Source of the DNA: Promethearchaeota archaeon
GTDB taxonomy: Archaea; Asgardarchaeota; Heimdallarchaeia; Hodarchaeales; Hodarchaeaceae
Assembly (NCBI GenBank): GCA_048938105.1
Contig: JBHLMN010000004.1
Span: 160,001 to 224,000, forward strand
DNA: 64,000 nucleotides
Direction: 5' to 3'
The notes under the pieces are model-generated. The model was not told the origin of the DNA and did not search any database. It worked only from the letters and a program-made list of their open reading frames with translations. Shown here in pieces: positions 1 through 10,092 of the stretch (within the stretch, counting starts at the first letter, position 1; each line of letters begins with the position of its first letter). A program made the position numbers and the translations under genes.

Positions 1-1
1 T

Positions 2-1759
2 ATCCTTGTCAATATAAATGATGCTGGTGAGATTTATCTCAATGCCTATAGTTGGAATGGCACATTGCTCTGGAATAAATCTGATTGTCATTACTCACGA
101 ATAACAGGAGCTGGGGGAAATTTAGTCATTGGACGTTTCGCGGGATGGAATGCTTGGTGGAATCCTGTCTCTTTTGATGACAATGGTGACGGTTTGGAAG
201 ATATTCTGATCCATTTTGAAAATGGTACAGCAGGCGCGCTTTCAGGGAAGGATGGTACTTTCCTCTGGAAAGTTGATTTGTTTACACCGAGTGGAACCTA
301 TCTCCAAGAATTAATCCCAGATATTACTGGTGATGGGAAACCTGAAGTGGTAGTAACTTCGAGTCGTGGAACTGGTTCAATGGATGGATATATCGGGGTC
401 ATGAATTCTGCTACGAAAGAACTACTTTGGTCTATTGGACAGATTGGAATATCTAGTGATTATAACGTGAGAATAGAAGTTATACCCGATGTAAACGGTA
501 ATGGAACCTGGGATATTATGTACTTCGGCTATTATGTTTATGACGTTAGGTGTGTTGATGGGTTGACGGGGAATCAGCTTTGGGTTCATAATATAGGTGG
601 TGGGGACTGTTTAGGAGGAGTACGACGGGTTCCAGACTTAAACGGTGATGGAATTTTTGAAGCTGTTATTGCACCTCAAGCTGCTAATTTTCAGGTTATA
701 TTTGGTAATAATGGGTCTGAGTATTGGGCTTCGGGTTACACACAATGGGCCCGCTACCCTACCCCGTTCATTACAGAAGAAGGTTATCCATTTGTAGCTT
801 TTGATGATGAGAGAACAGCTGGTGCGATATGTGATATTAGAGTATTGGATCTTTCTTTGAAAAAAGAAATTGGAGTAAAAGTCATGCCAAAAGGAAGCTT
901 TTTCACATTTATGGATAATCCTATCCCTTATCAGCCTGATTACCACATTTGTAAAGAAGTCTCTTTACGTAAAGTCGATATTTTCTATATTGCTAATTAC
1001 ACAAAACCGATAACGACCTTACCTTACACTTGGGATTGGGTAACACCTTACTATGGAGATTTCTCAGGTTCAAAACGCTGTTTAGTAACAGTAAATAAGT
1101 CACATATCGGATTTTTCACTCTCTCTCTTCCTGAAGCACCTTCATTACCTACTACCACCACTATTGCTACGACATCATATACTACTACCACTGCCACTAC
1201 TACGGCACCATATACTACTACCACTACGACTACTACGGCACCATATACTACTACCACTACGACGCCATATACCACTACTACTACTACTACTACGGAACCA
1301 TATACTACCACAACGCAGCTACTCCCATCAGCACCAAGTAGACCATTAAATCTACAAGCATCAATAGATGATAATCAAGTGAAGCTGGTGTGGCAAAAAC
1401 CCCTGAATGATGGTGCAGGGATTACGGACTTATTTATTGTTCTAGATTATAATGTTTATCGAGGATCGCAGAGTGGTGGCCCATACGCTTTAATTGGCAG
1501 TACGACTACTTTAAATTATGTAGACAAGAATGTGGTTAGTGATACAACCTATTATTATGTCGTGACTGCAGAAAATGATTTTGGTGAAAGTGAAAATTCC
1601 AATGAAGTCACTATAGCTATTCCAGGTGTAACCACAAGTTCTTCTGGTAAAACTTCAACTCCAGCAATTTCTCCATCTTTTCCAATATATATTGTGTTTT
1701 TGTCTATTTTCCTACTTACAGTTCTACTTAGAAGGAAAAAAAAGAAAGAATTCTATTAA
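2..1759 (+). CDS. Cell-surface protein (5'-partial): FG-GAP/PQQ-like beta-propeller, Thr-rich linker, fibronectin type III domain, C-terminal membrane anchor
   Basis: Frame is open from position 2 (ILVNINDAGEIY...), so the gene starts upstream of the window. Repeated DxxGDG motifs (DDNGDGLED, DITGDGKPE, DVNGNGTWD, DLNGDGIFE); FN3 signature (P..L.A...V.L.W..P...Y.VYR...YYY.VTA.N..GES); C-terminus SPSF + hydrophobic helix + RRKKKK. Confidence 0.85.
   Translation: MLVNINDAGEIYLNAYSWNGTLLWNKSDCHYSRITGAGGNLVIGRFAGWNAWWNPVSFDDNGDGLEDILIHFENGTAGALSGKDGTFLWKVDLFTPSGTYLQELIPDITGDGKPEVVVTSSRGTGSMDGYIGVMNSATKELLWSIGQIGISSDYNVRIEVIPDVNGNGTWDIMYFGYYVYDVRCVDGLTGNQLWVHNIGGGDCLGGVRRVPDLNGDGIFEAVIAPQAANFQVIFGNNGSEYWASGYTQWARYPTPFITEEGYPFVAFDDERTAGAICDIRVLDLSLKKEIGVKVMPKGSFFTFMDNPIPYQPDYHICKEVSLRKVDIFYIANYTKPITTLPYTWDWVTPYYGDFSGSKRCLVTVNKSHIGFFTLSLPEAPSLPTTTTIATTSYTTTTATTTAPYTTTTTTTTAPYTTTTTTPYTTTTTTTTEPYTTTTQLLPSAPSRPLNLQASIDDNQVKLVWQKPLNDGAGITDLFIVLDYNVYRGSQSGGPYALIGSTTTLNYVDKNVVSDTTYYYVVTAENDFGESENSNEVTIAIPGVTTSSSGKTSTPAISPSFPIYIVFLSIFLLTVLLRRKKKKEFY
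1176..1312 (+). repeat. Intragenic imperfect tandem repeat (~33-bp unit with ACT/ACC triplets) encoding PYTTTTTTTTA-like units
   Basis: CATATAC(T/C)AC recurs five times with variable spacing, e.g. catatactactaccactacgactactacggcac. Confidence 0.85.
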
Positions 1760-1827
1760 AATCCATCGAACTTTGCACTGAAGATCGATAAAATGGTAGT
1801 ATTTCACATTCTACAATGTGATACGTT

Positions 1828-2175
1828 ATGCAAATAATCAAGAATTATACGTTTGGGACTATTCAGATTAACAACAAATCTTTCTCCAATGATGTAATAA
1901 TCTTTCCTGAAGAAGTTTTACCTAATTGGTGGCGAATAAAAGGCCATCTCTTGCATCTGGAGGATTTACAAGAGATTATTAAACGGAAGCCAAAAGTCCT
2001 TATTATCGGGACTGGATATAATGGAGTAATGAAAGTTCCAATGAATCTTACATCACATCTAGAAAAACTGGGCATTAAAACAATCGTAAAGAATAGTAGG
2101 GAGGCAGTAAATGAGTATAATACATTGGTGAAAAGGAATGAAAATGTAGCTGCCGCTTTACACCTGACCTGTTAA
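1828..2175 (+). CDS. Mth938-like (DUF498) domain protein
   Basis: Y.FG.I.I....Y/F..DVII, LIIGTG..G and C-terminal AALHLTC, typical of the Mth938 family. Confidence 0.9.
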   Translation: MQIIKNYTFGTIQINNKSFSNDVIIFPEEVLPNWWRIKGHLLHLEDLQEIIKRKPKVLIIGTGYNGVMKVPMNLTSHLEKLGIKTIVKNSREAVNEYNTLVKRNENVAAALHLTC

Positions 2176-2291
2176 TAACAAACTATCCTTGGTATAGCTC
2201 CCAGTCCAATGAAAACCATGTCTGGACAAAATCCCTGCAAGTCTAGTAATTTATTTCTACTACCAAAGATGCTTTTTACTTAGGGAAAGTT

Positions 2292-3563
2292 TTGACCAAT
2301 AACTCAATAAGAGTTCCTTTAGAATACCTATCCAACGAGCAAACCATTTCAAAGAACAAGAGATCCATTATTTACAGTATAGCAATCGGTAAAGATATCG
2401 GAAATTCTATTGGAGCCTTGTATGCTCAAATATATGCAGTATTCATTAATGCTACCCCATTTTTATTATCGATCATAACAAGTATGCGAAATCTAATTCA
2501 ATTAGCTGTTCAATCTCCTTTTGGACGCTTGATTGATAAATTCGGAAGAAAACCTTTTCTTGTTTTAGGATTATTTATTTCTGCCCTTATGAGTTTTATT
2601 TATCCACTCATAACAGATCCCTTGGTGTTTCTTGGTGCAATGATAATTTATTCTCTTGCATTTAGTATATTCACTCCTTCATGGATCGCGATTCTGGGTG
2701 ACTCCTCTAGGGAAGGCATGAGGGGATCATATATCGGAAAAATTACTACTGTTAGTGTAATTTTTACAATGTGTGCATTACTAATAACTGGATGGGTGGT
2801 TCCTTTAATTAATGTCGATTATGCCCAACAATACGGCATTATTTTTCGTATAGGAGCCTTAGGGTTCTTTTTTGCAGGATTTGTTGCTCTTTTCATGACT
2901 GAAACTGCACCTAAATCAAACCAACTTGTTTCTCATTCGAAAAGAGAATCCAGCTTACAAAATTTTTTGAAACCATTAAATGAAAATCCAACATTTCAAC
3001 GCTTTGTTCTTGTAAGTGCAATTATGGATTTTAGCATGTCTCTGGGATGGCCACTCTTTGGGTTCATAAGAGAGAGGTATTCATCTCCTACAGAATATTC
3101 ACTCATGTGGGCAGCATTCATGGGTTGTCAGGTATGTTCTCTGATAATCGGAGGATATTTTATTGACAGGTACGGTAAGCGTAGGGGCTTTTGGGGCAGA
3201 CGAGTGATGTTTTTAATTCCCCTAGTCCTTTTCTTTGCTAGAAATTGGGTTGAATTAACTTTAGCTAATATCATAGGTGGTATTGGATATGGTTTATACT
3301 TTATAACAACAAATGCATATATAATAGATTCTGCTCCTGAAGAATCTAAAGGTAACTATATAGGTGCATATCAATTAATCATGGGATTGGTCACCTTTAT
3401 TGGCTCCATCTCCATGGGGATAACTACTGAATTATTAATGGGGTTTATTGGTAAGTGGGAGGCCATTTATGCAATGGTCTTAGTGGTTATATTAATGCGT
3501 TTTATTGGTGGGGTGGCTTTCTTTTTTATAGATGAACCCAAGAAACCTGAGTTATTCAATTAA
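2292..3563 (+). CDS. MFS transporter
   Basis: About 12 hydrophobic segments; MFS motif A GRLIDKFGRK, repeated as GYFIDRYGKR. Confidence 0.9.
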   Translation: MTNNSIRVPLEYLSNEQTISKNKRSIIYSIAIGKDIGNSIGALYAQIYAVFINATPFLLSIITSMRNLIQLAVQSPFGRLIDKFGRKPFLVLGLFISALMSFIYPLITDPLVFLGAMIIYSLAFSIFTPSWIAILGDSSREGMRGSYIGKITTVSVIFTMCALLITGWVVPLINVDYAQQYGIIFRIGALGFFFAGFVALFMTETAPKSNQLVSHSKRESSLQNFLKPLNENPTFQRFVLVSAIMDFSMSLGWPLFGFIRERYSSPTEYSLMWAAFMGCQVCSLIIGGYFIDRYGKRRGFWGRRVMFLIPLVLFFARNWVELTLANIIGGIGYGLYFITTNAYIIDSAPEESKGNYIGAYQLIMGLVTFIGSISMGITTELLMGFIGKWEAIYAMVLVVILMRFIGGVAFFFIDEPKKPELFN

Positions 3564-3571
3564 GTAAATCC

Positions 3572-4594
3572 TTATCTATTTGCCTGAATGATTACTATAC
3601 CATCATCATGGATTTGTACCAAGACATTTTGAAATCCGATTTGAATGAGGAGGGTTGTAACTTCGTCAATGGTAGAAATCTTAAAGCCAGGGACTTCTAA
3701 TGATGATGAAAAGGCATTTAGAAACCAAAAGATAGAAGGATTACTCTCTGCATGCATTATCCAAGCACCTTGTTCATTAGTATTGGAAACAATAACGAAA
3801 CGTCCTCCTTCATTCAATGAATTCCACAGTTTTTGAAAAAGTTCCTTTCGATATATCCCTATATCGCATTCAAGGATTAAATCAAAACCAGTTGGGAGAT
3901 CATCTTGCATAAAATTTGCCGCATGAAATGTGATACGTTCTGTAATTGCAGTTTCATCTGCGATCTCCTTACCAACACGACAAACGTTTTCAATATCTAC
4001 GACTACAGCATTGAGTTTTGTATAACGTTTCAAAAGCGCTAATGATATTATCCCTGAACCACCGCCAAGATCCATCAATCTATTTACGTTCGTCATATCC
4101 AAGATTTTTACTAGTTTATCTGCTAAGGGCTTGTGAAGCTCGTAAAGCATCCGTGTGAAGCGTTTAGCACGCTTTGGATCCTCTGTCATCTTAGAAATAT
4201 AATCTGGAGGATTCAAACCTTGAGCTTCCCACACTGAATTGGGATGTGAGATAGTTAATGGCAAATCGTTGATAGTTGGATAACCTTCACGTGTTTCCTG
4301 AGCCATAAATGACCAAGCTTCTGAAGAATAAGCCTCCAGGATGGCATTGTGTGCGTTGATGGAGGGAGCGAATTTTCCACCTTTTTGTTCAAGTAATCCT
4401 AATTTAGTTAGTAGCAATAACCAGTAATGGCATCTGTTGTAAGGAATATTGAAAATTTGAGATATATCTTTAACTTCTAACGGATCTTTTGCAAGGTGCC
4501 AGAATAAATCCAGTTCTAGAGCTGTAGCGACTGCAGCTGACGCATAATACATCCTCAGGAGATATTCTACATCCTGAGTGGTTTTAGGTTGCAT
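3572..4594 (-). CDS. SAM-dependent O-methyltransferase (Methyltransf_2 type with N-terminal dimerisation/wHTH domain)
   Basis: ATALELDLF N-terminus; LMDLGGGSG motif I; AANFMQDDLP; LNEGGRFVI. Confidence 0.88.
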   Translation of the reverse strand: MQPKTTQDVEYLLRMYYASAAVATALELDLFWHLAKDPLEVKDISQIFNIPYNRCHYWLLLLTKLGLLEQKGGKFAPSINAHNAILEAYSSEAWSFMAQETREGYPTINDLPLTISHPNSVWEAQGLNPPDYISKMTEDPKRAKRFTRMLYELHKPLADKLVKILDMTNVNRLMDLGGGSGIISLALLKRYTKLNAVVVDIENVCRVGKEIADETAITERITFHAANFMQDDLPTGFDLILECDIGIYRKELFQKLWNSLNEGGRFVIVSNTNEQGAWIMHAESNPSIFWFLNAFSSSLEVPGFKISTIDEVTTLLIQIGFQNVLVQIHDDGIVIIQANR

Positions 4595-4717
4595 TTATGA
4601 GATCAAATCCTTTAGAGTCAAAACTCTTTTCATTATTTAAGATATTCAGACAAAAATCCTATTGGACCAATTTAGGCAAATTTCCACTGCTTTAAAAAGG
4701 ATTACCTTTCAAGAGGA

Positions 4718-5245
4718 CTAGTCATTATTGAATAATCTATCCTGTGGAATAAAGACGGAGTAACCTCCTTGAGTATGGACCTTTCTTAATTTAAAAACAC
4801 TGTAGCCTAAACCATAACACAAGACTTTTGGTTTTGGTTTAATTCTGATGAATGTCATTGATTCTTGATCCCCTTGTTGTAGTTCACTAATTATCAGCTT
4901 AAGAATACGTTTTTTCGTGAAGATTTCATGAATCTCTGGAACATCTACAGCAATGAAATCAGCTTTACCAGTTAAGGTGACTGTTGATGATGGAGCAAAA
5001 CGGATAAAATAGTGTGGAAATGGAATAAGGAATGAAACATTTGGATTTCTTTTTAGATTTCGAGCTTTTTGATATTTTTTAGATGTTAAAAGATATAATA
5101 CAAATTTACGGGAAGGTTGTGAAACTCCATATAGAATACCTGTAGTATGGGGTGTTCCATCCTTATTGATTGTTGTTAAGATTCCAAATGTCTTCTTTCT
5201 AATCATCTCTTCAACGAAAGAAAATGAAAAATGTTGTTTCTTCAT
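4718..5245 (-). CDS. Pyridoxamine 5'-phosphate oxidase-like (split-barrel FMN/F420-binding) protein
   Basis: GILTTINKDGTPH and K.RNLKRNPNVSF motifs. Confidence 0.85.
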   Translation of the reverse strand: MKKQHFSFSFVEEMIRKKTFGILTTINKDGTPHTTGILYGVSQPSRKFVLYLLTSKKYQKARNLKRNPNVSFLIPFPHYFIRFAPSSTVTLTGKADFIAVDVPEIHEIFTKKRILKLIISELQQGDQESMTFIRIKPKPKVLCYGLGYSVFKLRKVHTQGGYSVFIPQDRLFNND

Positions 5246-5308
5246 AACTTGTCTTTATTATAAAACGAAATTTAAACTTCACTTTTTACATTATGTTGGG
5301 AATCAACT

Positions 5309-6469
5309 ATGGCAAAAGAACTTCTAACGATGCTTGAAAATTCCTACGCTCAAAGACTTCTAGAGGAAATGATTCGTATTAATTCAATAGTAGGCCAAGA
5401 GAGTGAAATGGCTGATTATCTAAAGAATGAACTTAACGCTCTTGGTTTGCAGTGTGAAATGGATGAGATTGAACCAAGTAGACCTAATGTCTATGCGAGA
5501 TTAGAAGGTGATAAGCCTGGTAAAAGACTCAACTTTAATGGCCATACTGATACAATTCCAATTGTAGATGGATGGGAGACAGATCCCTTTAATCCTCTAG
5601 TAAAAGAGGGAAAATTATATGGTCTAGGGGCCTGTGATATGAAAGCGGGTATAGCGTGCATTCTGAATATGATAAGAGCGTTTGTAGAATCTGGTCACCC
5701 CTTCAACGGAGAGTTATCATTTTCAGGAGTAATTGATGAAGAAGCGTATGGAAAAGGAGCTAAAGCAATGTTAAAAACAGATTTTTCAAAGGTAGATGCT
5801 ATTGTTCTTGCAGAGCCTTATCCTGGAGATGAAGTAAAACCCATTCCCCTTGGGATTACCGGGAAAATTCTGTACGATATTTCTGTGAAGGGAAAAGCAG
5901 CTCATGGTTTTCGCCCTCACCTAGGTATTAATGCCATTGAAGAGTTGGGGAAGATCCTAGCGAACCTGGACAATCTCAACTTCAAAGAACACCCAAATTT
6001 CGGAAGAGGGAACTATTGTACCTTGAAAATTGAAGGTGGATATGAAATTTATTCTGTAGTAGTGCCTGCTCTCGCTCGAATGGAAATTAATAGACTACTT
6101 GTTCCAGGAGAGACTGTTCAAACCGCAATAGAAGATATGGAGAGATTAATCAAGGGTCTCGACCTTGCAGCTAAAGTAGAGGTCAAAACAAAACCTCCTC
6201 AATATGAAGCATATATTATAGACAAAAATGAACCGATAATTCAGATTTTTGATGCGATCTATAGAGAAATTATGGGGAAAGCACCTCATTATGATTATAC
6301 TTCAGGTATAACTGACGCAAATATTTTCGCAGGAGAAGCAGGTATTCCCTGTCTCCATTTAGGTCCAAATCAAGAATGTGCTCACCAAAAAAATGAATAT
6401 GTAAATTTAAATTGGTTGGAACCTTTATCACAGATGTATACTCTCATTGCAGCCAGATTTCTTAAATGA
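5309..6469 (+). CDS. M20 family metallopeptidase/deacylase (ArgE/DapE-like)
   Basis: FNGHTDT, GLGACDMKAG, DEE, GKAAH, TDA, AHQKNE metal-binding motifs. Confidence 0.92.
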   Translation: MAKELLTMLENSYAQRLLEEMIRINSIVGQESEMADYLKNELNALGLQCEMDEIEPSRPNVYARLEGDKPGKRLNFNGHTDTIPIVDGWETDPFNPLVKEGKLYGLGACDMKAGIACILNMIRAFVESGHPFNGELSFSGVIDEEAYGKGAKAMLKTDFSKVDAIVLAEPYPGDEVKPIPLGITGKILYDISVKGKAAHGFRPHLGINAIEELGKILANLDNLNFKEHPNFGRGNYCTLKIEGGYEIYSVVVPALARMEINRLLVPGETVQTAIEDMERLIKGLDLAAKVEVKTKPPQYEAYIIDKNEPIIQIFDAIYREIMGKAPHYDYTSGITDANIFAGEAGIPCLHLGPNQECAHQKNEYVNLNWLEPLSQMYTLIAARFLK

Positions 6470-6514
6470 GAAGATCACTTTTCATGAGAGCTCTTCATTC
6501 CCCTTTTAGGATGA

Positions 6515-6991
6515 TCATAAATATTCTCTGTTACTGGTACCTGATTGTAAATAGTACCAATGATCCATTTCATCAAGCCAGACATAGACATTACTGGGTT
6601 GTTCTCCCCATCCAAATTGCGAATAATGAGAAAAATCTTTTCTTAGGAGGTTTGCCCGATGAGATGCATGATATTGAGGAAATCCAAGCCAATGTGGGAA
6701 GGTTATTTGTTTCTCTTCGAGGTTGAATAACTGCATATTGTTGTTATATCCTCGTTCTATCCATTCAAGAATGCTCATGTTATGATATAATTTCAAGGCT
6801 GGAACATAATTCCTCCACATATGCACACAGGGATGATTCTTCCATCCCTTATACGGTTTACCATCTTTGCGAGATTGTCCTTCTATCGCTTTTATGATTG
6901 TTAAAGCTTCAATTCGTTGTTTTCCAAGTCGTTTCCAATCTAGTACTTGAAACGATTTCTTGAAATCAGAGAAGGGTAGAAAAGTTTGCAT
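6515..6991 (-). CDS. MSMEG_6728 family / pyrimidine-dimer DNA glycosylase (endonuclease V)-like protein
   Basis: MQTFLP start, LD.KRLGKQR.EA, GW.NHP...MW, SHRANLLRKD...Y. Confidence 0.85.
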   Translation of the reverse strand: MQTFLPFSDFKKSFQVLDWKRLGKQRIEALTIIKAIEGQSRKDGKPYKGWKNHPCVHMWRNYVPALKLYHNMSILEWIERGYNNNMQLFNLEEKQITFPHWLGFPQYHASHRANLLRKDFSHYSQFGWGEQPSNVYVWLDEMDHWYYLQSGTSNREYL

Positions 6992-7163
6992 ATATCATTC
7001 AAAATGAATATTTGTGAACATACAGAAAAAGATTTAGGTTATTTTTTCGTAATTACTTCTATAAATGCCTATATGGAGACTTTCATATAATTTAGAGTAT
7101 CCTGCGATTATTAAAGGCATTATTATTTACATTACTCCCCCTATAACTTCTTTCTGTAAAGAT

Positions 7164-7778
7164 CTATTTAAGATAATACTTTAATGAAAAAGCTGCTAAG
7201 TCTGAAAGATATTCAACAAATTTATCGTCTGTATCAAATAATTCCATTATAGACAGATGATGATATAAAATAGCATTAACAAGATTATACATGAAAATAA
7301 ATACATCGACCAGTTTTTTCTCAGAAAATTGTTCAAAATTCTCATTTGCCTTCCTTAATTTCTGTACTGTATTTTTAAAAAAATTCGCAATCTTCTCTTT
7401 ATGTGCATTATACAATGTTTTATCAGATTGTATGGCAGATCTAAAGGCGAGATTGTATCCTTTATTTTCTTTATGAGTCTTGAATAAATCTAAAATAAAA
7501 TGATGGAGATAGTCTCTAATATTTTCATCATTCATCATCTCTAAATTATGGCTTTCCAAGAAAGTTTCCATTGATTCTTCAAAATATTTTCGTATAATAT
7601 CTTCTTTCCCTCTCGGAAAATATTTATAAATCGTCCCAATGCTAATTTCAGCTGATTTTGCGACGTGATTTGTGCTTGTTTTGTGATATCCCTGTTCTAA
7701 GACTAGTTTAAAGAATGTATCATAAATCAAGTTAATTTTTTCTTGCTTATTTCGGGTAAATTTTCTGTTTGAGATCAT
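7164..7778 (-). CDS. TetR/AcrR family transcriptional regulator
   Basis: GYHKTSTNHVAKSAEISIGTIYKYFP helix-turn-helix. Confidence 0.92.
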   Translation of the reverse strand: MISNRKFTRNKQEKINLIYDTFFKLVLEQGYHKTSTNHVAKSAEISIGTIYKYFPRGKEDIIRKYFEESMETFLESHNLEMMNDENIRDYLHHFILDLFKTHKENKGYNLAFRSAIQSDKTLYNAHKEKIANFFKNTVQKLRKANENFEQFSEKKLVDVFIFMYNLVNAILYHHLSIMELFDTDDKFVEYLSDLAAFSLKYYLK

Positions 7779-7823
7779 AATATCCTCATTTATGGGCCTT
7801 ATTCATAAAGCTTATAAAGTAAT

Positions 7824-7863
7824 TGAGCAAATGCTCACTTAGAAATTATTGAGTAAATGCTCA
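7824..7863. promoter_or_regulatory. Two palindromic operators between divergent TATA boxes
   Basis: TGAGCA-AA-TGCTCA (7824-7837, perfect) and TGAGTA-AA-TGCTCA (7850-7863, one mismatch). TATA-like TTTATAAA at 7864-7871 (+) and TTTATAAG at 7818-7811 (-). Confidence 0.8.
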
Positions 7864-7892
7864 TTTATAAAAATAGGATTAGTGTCAAAAAT

Positions 7893-8774
7893 ATGACTCA
7901 AGTAGAAACAGTAAAATTTCACAAACCTCTTCATCAAAATGATATATCTGTTGTAGAACATCTCATATATCCAATATTTTCTAAGAAAAACAAAAAAGAT
8001 CAGCACTACTGGAATGAAATTCGATCATTATTTTTATCTGCCATGAAAAATGCTAAGTTGACGTTTCTCCAAAGATATTTATTCTGGTTCTATGTAAATA
8101 GAACAATAACGAAAGGTATGAAGAAGGGAATACCTCTTATTGAAGTGGAGGCAACACTACGGGAATTCCTCAGAAAAAGGATTGATTCTCATGACCAGGA
8201 TAAAGATCGAAAGATTATTGCAATCGAACGGGCAAAGAGAAGTTTTAATTTAGTAGAGGATTACATCATAGGAGATAAAATACTTGATCTTGGTGCTGGA
8301 AATGGATTTTTAGCTTTAGAAATTAAAAAACAACTTAAGAAAGAAGTCAAACTGGTTGATATTGTAGATTACAATTATACAGACCTACCATTAGTCTTAT
8401 ACAATCCAGAAAACAAATTACCCTTGGGAGATAAAGAAATAGATACTACCATTTTATATACCGTGTTACATCATGCAAGTGATCCTGAACATCTATTGGA
8501 AGAGGCTGCGAGAATAACCAAAAAACGTTTAGTTATTATAGAGGGATATATTGAGGAAGAAGACATACGAATGACTAATTGCTTCTTTGATTGGTTTTAT
8601 AATCGAGTAATTGGAGACGAAGATATCGTTGTACCTCTTAATTTTCTTAAGGTAAATGGATGGAAAAAACTATTGCAATCACATGGATTTGAGACGACTG
8701 AAACAGTCTATCTTGGAATCAACGAACCTATTGTACCTGAACATCAAATCTTAATTATCGCTGACCACATCTAA
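7893..8774 (+). CDS. Class I SAM-dependent methyltransferase
   Basis: ILDLGAGNG, VDI, TVLHH motifs. Start moved from 7857 to ATG 7893 because the first ATG lies inside the operator and upstream of the TATA box. Confidence 0.85.
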   Translation: MTQVETVKFHKPLHQNDISVVEHLIYPIFSKKNKKDQHYWNEIRSLFLSAMKNAKLTFLQRYLFWFYVNRTITKGMKKGIPLIEVEATLREFLRKRIDSHDQDKDRKIIAIERAKRSFNLVEDYIIGDKILDLGAGNGFLALEIKKQLKKEVKLVDIVDYNYTDLPLVLYNPENKLPLGDKEIDTTILYTVLHHASDPEHLLEEAARITKKRLVIIEGYIEEEDIRMTNCFFDWFYNRVIGDEDIVVPLNFLKVNGWKKLLQSHGFETTETVYLGINEPIVPEHQILIIADHI

Positions 8775-8833
8775 TAACTCAAATTGTGATGTTGAAAATA
8801 TCAAATTTAGGAGATGATCTAGTGAGTTCTTTT

Positions 8834-9370
8834 CTAAGAAATGTCGAAAAGAGCAATAACTGCTTCAGTGTAAGCCCACCAATAATCACTTCCCTCTCGT
8901 GGTGGTTTATCTAAAGAATATCTAATATGATTAATATGGGATATGTGACCTAAAGTATGAAGAGCTAACCTTAGAACAGTCCAAGCAAGAGTACCTTTTT
9001 GTTTGATAGACTTAATTTGATCATTTTCTTCTTCATAGATTGTTCTACGAATTTGAAAGTCTTCGAGAGTAGCCTCATCAATTAAACTTAAATAATGCTT
9101 TTCTACCTTTTTGAATAAAGATATAATATCATTAAGCGAATTATCCTTATCAACATAATTATAGGTAGTTGTATCAAGAGCTTTAAGCCAATATATCTCT
9201 GTGTTCATAAGATGATTTACATAACTGATAATTGTCTTGGCTTTTGTGCCTTCTGGTCTCCAAGTGAGTTCTTTAGGAGATAGGTCTTCAAGTACGCGGA
9301 AAATATATAGCTTTGTATATTTAAAAATCTGTTTAAGCTTTTTTCGATACATTTCAATATCAGAACTCAA
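8834..9370 (-). CDS. DinB/DUF664 family protein
   Basis: L.W.P.....TI....NHL...E.YW and H...H..HI metal-binding pattern. Confidence 0.8.
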   Translation of the reverse strand: MSSDIEMYRKKLKQIFKYTKLYIFRVLEDLSPKELTWRPEGTKAKTIISYVNHLMNTEIYWLKALDTTTYNYVDKDNSLNDIISLFKKVEKHYLSLIDEATLEDFQIRRTIYEEENDQIKSIKQKGTLAWTVLRLALHTLGHISHINHIRYSLDKPPREGSDYWWAYTEAVIALFDIS

Positions 9371-9417
9371 TTAAAAACTTCCTATGTATATAACTCAGAA
9401 TCTAATGTTTGGCTTTT

Positions 9418-9954
9418 TTATTTTTCGCTAAATAGCTCCCTTAAAGTAGTTGAGAATCTTCCCCCAGGACATGTGCCCCGGATAGCACATACAGGACACA
9501 CATTCCATAAGAATAATATTGCATAGATTAAAATTAAGATAATATAGCCTAGTGGATAGATAATTCCTAGTTCTAGCAAAAAAAATAATGGAAATAATAT
9601 CAATCCCAGTAAACATAAACTTCCAAAGGTTGCAAATAAATCAAAACGGGTTTTCGTCTTTTTCATGTTCTTTATTATTGGAAGATTAGCAATTCGACTT
9701 GCTGGTATAATCCCAGCTACTGCTGGGCAAAATCCGTCAGTGTACGGGCAATCTTGATATTCACAACAGTAGGATTGGAAAACATTTGCTCCCAACCAAA
9801 ATAATATGAAAATAATTCCAAAAAAAGGATTAATGAAGAACAAAAATCCAAAAATGATCAGTATCATAATCATTAAAGGTATTGTTATAACCAGATAGAC
9901 CTTCTTTTTACTATAGGGAATACAATTTCTATCAGGGGTTGCTAAGGTACTCAT
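9418..9954 (-). CDS. Cys-rich four-helix membrane protein, unknown function
   Basis: Four hydrophobic helices; CC...DCPY...FCP and CPVC....CP clusters. Confidence 0.75.
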   Translation of the reverse strand: MSTLATPDRNCIPYSKKKVYLVITIPLMIMILIIFGFLFFINPFFGIIFILFWLGANVFQSYCCEYQDCPYTDGFCPAVAGIIPASRIANLPIIKNMKKTKTRFDLFATFGSLCLLGLILFPLFFLLELGIIYPLGYIILILIYAILFLWNVCPVCAIRGTCPGGRFSTTLRELFSEK

Positions 9955-10092
9955 ATGGACAACAACTTCCTATCTAATGTATCTATTATAATTGAGGTTG
10001 AATTATTAAAGGATTCGTGCATTAAGGGTAACTGTTTCAACTTTAAATCACATTTTTATCAAAATATAGGTAGTAACATTTATTCTGAAAAA

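Noticed and set aside
1176-1312. CRISPR-like periodic repeat
   Set aside because: No unique spacers; it is an in-frame coding repeat, and there are no cas genes in the window.
1051-1349. Val-rich and LLRHH-repeat ORFs (1051-1311 -, 1164-1349 +)
   Set aside because: Alternative-frame shadows of the Thr-repeat linker.
6466-6726. 86-aa plus-strand ORF
   Set aside because: Antisense to the well-supported MSMEG_6728-family gene.
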